A DNA stretch of 63,992 bases, filler included, from Stramenopiles sp. TOSAG23-6 (lineage: Eukaryota): the NCBI GenBank assembly GCA_900128565.1. It is 5 parts of 5 records of this genome, joined end to end, with 100 filler letters (N's around TTAATTAATTAA, not from the genome) between each part and the next. Parts side by side here need not be neighbours in the genome. Positions count along the whole stretch, not along the records: positions 53,919 to 63,992 come from LT636334.1; 4 more parts are not named here. One strand, 5' to 3'. The notes beneath the pieces were generated by a model that saw only the letters and a list, made by a program, of their open reading frames with translations, ran no database searches and was not told the origin of the DNA. Made by a program: the position numbers and the translations under genes. This document shows, one piece after another, positions 56,511 through 63,992 of the stretch; within the stretch, counting starts at the first letter, position 1, and each line of letters begins with the position of its first letter.

Positions 56511-57724
56511 ATGGATACGAACGCAGATGACTATGATATTTCCCCTCGTTCATACAGAAAATGGTTGCAAAAAAAGAAGGAAAAAGTGATACGAGTCGAC
56601 ATTGCAACTCGTAAGAGGTGTGGTTTAATGTTGGATAGAGTAGGAACTTGTATGAGCAAAGAACTATCTGGACGATTGGAGAAGTGTATATTTAATCTGT
56701 TTGGAGATGATAAGAAGAAATATGCTCGAATTGCGAGGACTATTTGTAAAAACTGTACAAAGCATGATTTCATTCTTTTTGCGCTTGTTGAAGGAAGACT
56801 CAAACCAGATACACTTTGTTCAGAGGCCAATATTGCTGGAGAATGGGTTCGTCGCCTACTTCGATATCATGCACCAGCTGTATTAATTACGGTACCATCG
56901 ACTTTGCAATGTTTACCTGACCCAGTTGTTACAACAATCTTTAATTTTCTGAATGCAGTCGATCTGGGTGTTGCTTCTGCTACTTCGATTTTGTGGAGGG
57001 ATTTTTGCTCTCTCAATAAATTCTGGGCATATCATATTAGCCAAGCTAAATATAAAAAAAAACTTGAATACATTGATAATGGTACTATTTCAACTACGAT
57101 TGCCTCGTCACTGAAATGTACGTTTTCATATCAATTTCGAATTTATTTTATTTCGTACCAAATTTTGTACGTAACAAAAAACATTTTCAACCAAAAAAAA
57201 ATATTTTTTCACAATACGTGTAATCCTTCTGGTTCCAGAACCAAAAGAATGAAACGTACATTGTCGAACATCTCTTCTAAAGTAACAGATCCCCAAGGTA
57301 GGAGAAATGCTGACTCAAAAGTTGAAAGATCCCCATATTGTATTCAAAGAGAATGTTTGAAGGATGAATATATAAAATTGTTTTATTCGAAGAAAAAAAA
57401 AAATTGGTACGATTTATCAGGTACAAAAAACTCTGCTAAAATCTGTAGCACAAAATTTCCTGTTGAGGACCAATATTGCATTTGTCCTCGTTGTAAGGAT
57501 GATGCTACTATAGTTTCATATACTGGTAGAGGGTTGTATGTTTTATTTTTTTCAATTTTTTATCTAAATAGTTTTTCGTACGAAATTTTGTACCTAACGA
57601 ATTAAAAAACTTATATTTTTTTTCACAATACATAGAATATTATAAAATGGGAGTTTGCAATTCATGCTCAAATCAGTTTATGATTGAGAATGCAAATGTT
57701 GGAAAATGCCATACCAAAACTTAA
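56511..57724 (+). CDS. TFIIS-central-like + F-box + Zn-ribbon protein; exons 56511-57117, 57220-57535, 57634-57724
   Basis: LEKCIFNLFGDDKKKYARIARTICKN; LQCLPDPVVTTIFNFLNAVDL..W; CPRC...CNSC. Confidence 0.7.
57118..57219 (+). other. Family intron, GT...GT (102 nt, stopless)
   Basis: aaa t|GTACGTTTT...TTTTCACAATACGT|gt aat. Confidence 0.7.
57536..57633 (+). other. Family intron, GT...AT
   Basis: tt|GTATGTTTT...TTTTCACAATACAT|a gaa. The AG 2 nt downstream gives a stop within four codons. Confidence 0.8.
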
Positions 57725-57906
57725 AATTTTATAGTCCCGGTACCTTTTACGTAGTAGGATTCGATTTTTTACAGTTTCATTTTTTCGCAGAGTTTGTTGA
57801 CTGGTGAAGATGTGAAGTATCTTGACAAGAACAATAAGTTGTGTGTATTAAAAATAGTTATAAAAAGTATCAAATAAATGTGTTCTTTCCCCGGATGTTT
57901 ACATAA

Positions 57907-60900
57907 ATGCCAGATATAAACAAGACTAACCCAGTTGAGATGACTCAGTGTTCTGATCCCCTCTGTCGTATGTATTTAAATAAGCCATTCGCAGCAATGA
58001 TGATTGGTTTAAAAGATGGTGCTCGTATTATTCAGCTTCACGGAGTAATACACTGGGCGTCACTCGTTTCTAGACTTCGCCAGATATCGCTCCCTTGTAT
58101 CCATGGAGAGTATAGCCCTAATAATAGGAAACCAATTGCAATTTTACTTCGAGAGGAAAGTATTGTCGTTTTATTTGAAAATATTAGTGACGCCATTCGA
58201 ACAGCCCATGAAATTTGTGAATGTTGTAAGGAGAATAATCAGAAGTATAAATTGGCTTCTAAAGGAAGTAAAAATCATCGACATTACTCAATTCCGTTGA
58301 AAGGTATTGTCATTGATTATGGTAATTCTATAATTATTGATAAAAAAGAAAAGATGCATGGGAAAGTGGCCCTTCAACTGAAGCAACTGCTGAGTGACTG
58401 CGCCGAGGGGAAAATCCTTGTATCGAGTTCAGCTTTCAAAGCACTTTCTTCACTATGTGAGACGTCTACTCGAGTAAAACGAATATTCCGTGAAGCATCT
58501 TGGAGTTCTTATAAAGGTACATCATGCTTTGATGGAGGAATTCGTATAAAGACTAAACTTTCAGCGTATAATAACTTTGACTATGTACGTTTTATATGAA
58601 TTTCTAATTTATATTTTTTTCATACGAAATTTTGTACCTAACAAATTTGAGTTTTTTTTTTGAAATATTTTTTCACAATACATACTGGAACACAATACGC
58701 AATGTTGACCCAGAGACTTGACCCAAAGGATATTATAAAAACTGATCAACTCCTCAAGCATTTCGTGAAGTGTAGTGTGGTACTTGCAGTATGTATCAAT
58801 GTTGACCGCATACAAAGTCGAACGAATGTGTCAGATGCTGTCTTGTGCTCATTGCATGTAAAAGCTGCTTCTCTAAGACTGGTGGAAGAAGCATGCAGTA
58901 AGTTTGGTGGATGGGAAATAAGCGATGCTATATTTGGATTTAAGGATGTTTTGCAAGCAGCATTAGCCGCGCTATACCTTCAAGAGTTAGTAAAAAACAG
59001 CTTAGCCAAAGCAATGGAACAAAAGGTAGCAGAACAAAAACAGAACTTTCTGAAAAAAACAGGTAAAGAAATGATAAAAAATAATGGTACATCTCAAATT
59101 AAACCTCACTCATTTTCTTCCCCACGTTCCAAATCAAGATCACCATCTCCTGTACGCGCATCTACATTTCAGAAACCATGGATATTATATAGTGAAGTTG
59201 CAAAATCAATGGTTGGCATTGCCATTGAGTGTGGTACTATTTTAGTTGTACCACGAACAGATATATGTTGGGGTGAAGCTGTGCGTAAAGCCACAGCAAT
59301 GGCAAATGAAGCTGCAGAAGGTGGACAATTAGTCATATCAGGAAAGGTGTATGATACATTATACTGCCTCCCACGAGCTGTGGAAAGAATGATGTTTTTG
59401 AAAAAGAAGATGGCAAAACATCCTCATCAACGTAAAATGATGTCAGCGATTGGAGTTACATCTTTATTCACGGTTGCGGGAAAAGGAGATACACTATTAG
59501 AATCTAAATTGTCAGAGGAAACTAAAATAATAACTAAAGAAACAGGAAAACAGAAACAGAAACAGAAAAAATATAGTAGGAAAAAAAATATTTCTAATCA
59601 AGATAATTCCAACGAAGAAGTTCTCGATAATAAATGGGCAAAATTGTTTTTCAAGAAGCCAGTTGCAGTTCTTGCAACAAAACTCCAATCGATTTCAAAG
59701 TTATGTAAAAATCATGGTTCAATTCACATGGTATCTATTATTCTCCGGTTTCGACAATTAGTTTTACCACATATATATAAATGTGAGCCATTATTTGTGA
59801 AAACGGAAGTCGATAAATTATTTGTGGTGTTTGACACAACAGCGGCTGCAGTGAAAGCCGGTGTGTACTTATATGCGGTGATAAATGAGTTTGTACGTTT
59901 TCATCATTGATTTTAATTTGTTTTGTTTATACCTTGGATAATTTTATTTAGATACCTAACGATTTTCGAATGTGGTATAGTTTTTCACAATTCATAATTC
60001 TCGCATCGGATCAGCACCTAGTAAGAAAAAATTTGCGGTTCCACTAGCTGCCGTGGCTATTGCTTGGGGGAAAGGGGTCGTTGTAGATGTCGAAGATAAA
60101 ATACATGGCTGGCCTTTTCATATGGCGCAAGCTATGGTGGAAAACGTAGGTTTGCAGTGCGACTTAGTTCTTTCTGTCGATGCATACGAAAAGATAGAGA
60201 GCATCTCAGATTTTTCCATGGCCAGATTTTACACACAAAAGAAAAGTAATATTGTGCGATTGGATCCAGAATCACTAATAGACAATATTGAAAATCTCGT
60301 GATAACTCCATTGAATGACTTTACTCAAGTTTCAAGAAAAGCAAATTTGTTTCTTAAACGAATGGATATCAAACCATCAATGTCTTCGATGGAGCAAGGT
60401 AATCTGACAAAAATGCAAGATCGGTTATTACGTCGGAAGTATCTAAAACCATGTGCATTTGTTGTGATTCACCTTGAATTACACTGTGGTAATGCTGTGG
60501 ACACACTTGGTGCAAAGTTTGCTCTTCTTCCCAAACTAAAACAAATTTTTGTAGCTCATGGTGCTAGCACTGTCGAGGATGTATTATATATGTTTGATGA
60601 AGTTTCATCTGCAATAGTTGCAGCGGTGGAGGTATGGAGATTTGTTCATTCGCTTGATTCAGAAATGAATGTTCTTAGGGGAATTGCTGTTGGTGGAGGA
60701 GATTTATGTCTCGTGTATGGTACAGATATTCACTACGGCGATTGTCTCAACACGGCATTTCATCTTGCTCAAGTTGAGGCAATAAATGGAGAATTATTAT
60801 TATCAAATGAAGCATTTCAATTAATACCACTTCCTATGCCAGATTTTCATGGTAGACCGTACGGTGATGACTTACTTCCAGTCACGAGATTGATGAATAA

Positions 60901-61711
60901 ATGTTTTAATGGAATTGAAGTAATAAAAGATCACACAAAACGAAATGGTGTGACATACGTATATTATGAACTGAGAGAATCGGGAAAAGGCAAACATATA
61001 CAAAAAGTATTCCAACGATCCATGAAAGTACCCAAATACTTGAGTGGGTATCTATCTTCATCTGAAAAACAGTTTGATAAATCTGAAGAAATCATAAATA
61101 CAAAGTGTATAAAAAAACAAGCCAAATTGGGATTGTCTGGGTTTAAAACTGAAGATTCTCGACTTGGTACATCCTATCTCCGCCAATTCGACCCTTTTAT
61201 TCATTATCTACATAAAAGTAATCCCCCCATAGAGAACATGCATGGTCATCGACAAGATAGCATTCAAAGTCTAGACCAAAGGATTCGACCAAAACCTTTA
61301 TATTTACCTTCATCACACCATGAAATTATGCGAGATGCAGTGGCCCACTCTGATAAATATGGTCGTACAGCAGGCCACGCTTACTCAATATCACCTCGCA
61401 AAGGTCTTTCAAGAAAAATTGATATGGAATCAAGAAGAAAGAAATTAAAACCAATGGGATCTATACCGAAGATACATAAATCTGAGACATTGGAATCAAA
61501 TTCTAATTTTGTTTCTATTGGAGATCAGTTGAATTCATCAGAGGAATCAGATGAACAATCAATGTTTGAGAAACTAGATGCTTTAGATCCAACTGCTGGT
61601 GTATTAATGAGAAAACTAATTGGTGCTAATTGTAACCCATATGCAAAACCCATTTGTAAAGAAAAATGCTGGTTCAATCATGATAGAGGTTTATGGATGA
61701 AGATAGAATGA
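57907..61711 (+). CDS. Protein with four degenerate class III nucleotidyl-cyclase-like domains; exons 57907-58584, 58684-59892, 59996-61711
   Basis: Four GIxIxxG...xxGxxxxxAxxL...GxxxxS segments. Confidence 0.65.
58585..58683 (+). other. Family intron, GT...AT
   Basis: tat|GTACGTTTT...GTACCTAAC...TTTTCACAATACAT|act. Confidence 0.8.
59893..59995 (+). other. Family intron, GT...AT (an in-frame AG exists 15 nt upstream)
   Basis: ttt|GTACGTTTT...TACCTAAC...TTTTCACAATTCAT|aat. Confidence 0.65.
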
Positions 61712-61782
61712 ATGAATTTCTATATAAAGAAATAAGTTGTTTATTACTTGTATTTTGTATTATCTTTTCATTCAGTAATATT

Positions 61783-61877
61783 GTATGTTTTATTTTTTTT
61801 TTCAATTTCGAATTTATATTTCGTACGAAATTTTGTACCTAACGAATTGTTTTTTGAAATATTTTTCCAAAATACTT
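61783..61877 (+). mobile_element. Full family copy with TT direct repeats, antisense within the PfkB gene end
   Basis: tt[GTATGTTTT...TTCGTACGAAATTTTGTACCTAAC...AAAATAC]tt. Confidence 0.75.
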
Positions 61878-63535
61878 GACATTGCAACCACTGTGGACAT
61901 TCATCCATTCTTGTACCATACTATTAGTAAATGGCTTGGTACATGCGCCTTTTTGCTCTACACACATTGCTCCACATGCACTTGCATAAATTTTGAAAAA
62001 ATATTGTTTTTATTAAAAGAAATCGTTAGCATTAGCTACTCCGGATCAATCTAAAATTACAAAGAAAAACAAAAAAAAAAGGACAGAAACAAAAAACAAA
62101 GAAAAACAAAAAAAAGGACAGAAACAAAAAACAAGCATATGAAAACATAATCAAACTACTTAAATATAAAGAAAAAGACGAAACATCATTTATCGCTTCA
62201 CTTCAAGGTGACAAAAAAGGAGTTCAAAAACGTATTGAAGCAATGTACAAAATTTCGTACGAAATAAAAACATCAAATTCGAAATTAAAATGAAAACGTA
62301 CATACACCAGAGCATTATGAAGCGTCTCATTGGAAGCATTATTTCGTGCAGGTAACCAAATATGCAAAAAACCTGCATTAAAAGCATCACCAGCTCCAGT
62401 AGAATCCACTTCCACCACCCCTTTGAAAGGAGAGCAACGAAAAAAAAATCTTCCCTTTTTATTGACAATACCAAATACAGTGAAACATATTTCAAAAAAA
62501 AAAATTGTTAGGAATTTTTGTACGAAAAAAAAAAAATATTTCAAAAAAAAATTGTTAGGTACGAAATTTCGTACGAAAAAAAAATCGAAATGAAAAATGA
62601 AAACGAACGATAGCACTGCCGCGTTTATCTAATTTAATGATGCAGATGCGTTCACGAATTGAATGCATTGAATTTTCTTGCTTATCTGTAGAACAAGAAT
62701 TATTTTTCATCATCATATCTAACAATTTATTAAGGACAGATAATAAAACACTCTCTGAAGTAGGGTTAGGGTTAGTACTATGACTTTTTAAAGTATCTTT
62801 AGGGTTAGGGTTAGAAGGAGTCGTTGAAGCAGTTAAATTAGTATTTGAGATGGCAAACGCTTCACTCTCTGATGGCAAGAAGACAGTGATTAGCTTCAAT
62901 AATGTATAAATATCTCTTTCAAACCCAGTCCATTTACCGCTTGCATCATATTGAGGGTCTAGCGACACTGTTAGAGATAAACTATTGTCTGTAATTCGAG
63001 TTTTTATAACTTGAGAAAGAACACCATTTTGTAAACCATTGCAACTGAAATATCCACCAATGTGTAAATGATCTACTCCATTGAATAAATTCCGGTTGAC
63101 ATGTGTCATGTTAAACGCAGAGACACATCCACGACAACTTACAAAGGCACGTTCTGCTTTGTCATTTACCAGGACCAAACAAGTTGCTTGTGATTCTCCA
63201 TTCAGTACTATTACACTATCTGACGTCAAAACTAATCCCTCAGAAAACAGCTTTGAGAGAACCCAACGACCAAGATTACAACCACCAACAGCACCGAATA
63301 GCCTAACACTATGAACACCTAATCCGCCAAGCAGTCGTGCAGTGTTACAACAACCACCACCAAGTAATAAATCAACCGAGTGTACCTCTCGGTCTTCACC
63401 CCAGGCAGGAATACTTGAGAGTTGTGAAGTATTAACATCAACAAAAATATCTCCTATACATCCAACTGAAGTTCCCCTGTTTTGGAAATAATACCATTTC
63501 CCAAAGAAATACTTCCAAATTGTATTCATATACAT
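61839..63535 (-). CDS. PfkB-family carbohydrate kinase; exons 63535-62609, 62472-62302, 61985-61839
   Basis: GGGCCNTA, FLPSESEA, VDSTGAGDAFNAGF, ALVY|ASACGAMCVEQKGA. Confidence 0.9.
61986..62301 (-). other. Expanded family intron, GT...AT
   Basis: tat|GTACGTTTT...GCTAAC...TTCAAAATTTAT|gca. Internal duplication at ~62060-62133. Confidence 0.78.
62473..62608 (-). other. Family intron, GT...TT, with duplicated branch region
   Basis: atc|GTTCGTTTT...CCTAAC...CCTAAC...TTTCACTGTATTT|ggt. Confidence 0.72.
62761..62814 (-). repeat. Two exonic telomere-like tracts read as NPNP
   Basis: TAGGGTTAGGGTTAG at 62761-62775 and 62800-62814. Confidence 0.8.
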
Positions 63536-63908
63536 GACATTGTTTGAGACAGTGTATACAAAGTAGTCTCAAATTAAATCTCGGAAATCACAAATTGACT
63601 TTGACAAATTGACTTTGTTTGCGTTTGACCGTTTGCAAAATCCTTTCACGTATTTTCGCCGTATTTCGTGTTATTTTCTATAAAAAGTTAATGTAAACAA
63701 CAAATGATAAAATAATATGGTTCAGGTTCATGTGGATGTTCGGCCATCCAGGGGTACTATACGAGACAATTAAAGTATTATTTAATGGTAAAGAAAAAGA
63801 GAGTAAATTCAGAAAAAAACATTTAATGCAAATTATAAAAACTACCAGTACAGATTTCAATCTCAACCATCTAATAAGTCTGAACATGAATAAAAAGTAT
63901 CGTGAAAA

Positions 63909-63992
63909 TATGTTTTATTTTTTTTTCAAATTCGGTTTTTTTTTTGTACGAAAATTTTTACCCAACGATTTTTTTTTTTTAATTTTTTTTTT
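63909..63992 (+). other. Family copy cut by window end, donor region reads ATATGT
   Basis: TATGTTTTATTTT..CAAATTCG..TTGTACGAAAATTTTTACCCAAC. Follows an open frame from ATG 63730. Confidence 0.5.

Noticed and set aside
5-62608. Family as ciliate-type IES excised from DNA
   Set aside because: Complete copies that interrupt a reading frame are sense-oriented with donor and branch motifs, and the code is standard. Disfavoured, though not excluded without RNA data.

Overview
AT-rich, gene-dense eukaryotic DNA in the standard genetic code, probably a protist (stramenopile-like is only a guess). It consists of five contigs joined by artificial 100-nt N-linkers carrying TTAATTAATTAA. About 25 protein-coding genes are visible, including ATR C-terminus, a giant UBA/HECT ligase, BRCC36, an OTU deubiquitinase, pantothenate kinase, DBP5, a PTER-like protein, a SOD1-like protein, a TUTase, uricase, a giant surface protein, an F-box/TFIIS-like protein, a multi-cyclase protein and a PfkB kinase. 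The main discovery is a mostly ~90-125-nt repeated intron (introner-like) family with a U2-like donor (GTAYGTTTT), a 16-nt palindrome directly followed by a CTAAC branch-like motif, and a 3' end TTTTCACAATAC+NN that usually is NOT AG. By hand, 22 of 26 introns with both ends visible are best read with non-AG ends (15 AT, 3 TT, 2 GT, 1 CT, 1 TA). Several of these junctions are fixed by conserved protein motifs. All junctions are inferred from DNA, not RNA. Secondary signals include telomere-repeat insertions in exons and introns, a speculative U5-like RNA with an altered loop, and likely amplification chimeras.
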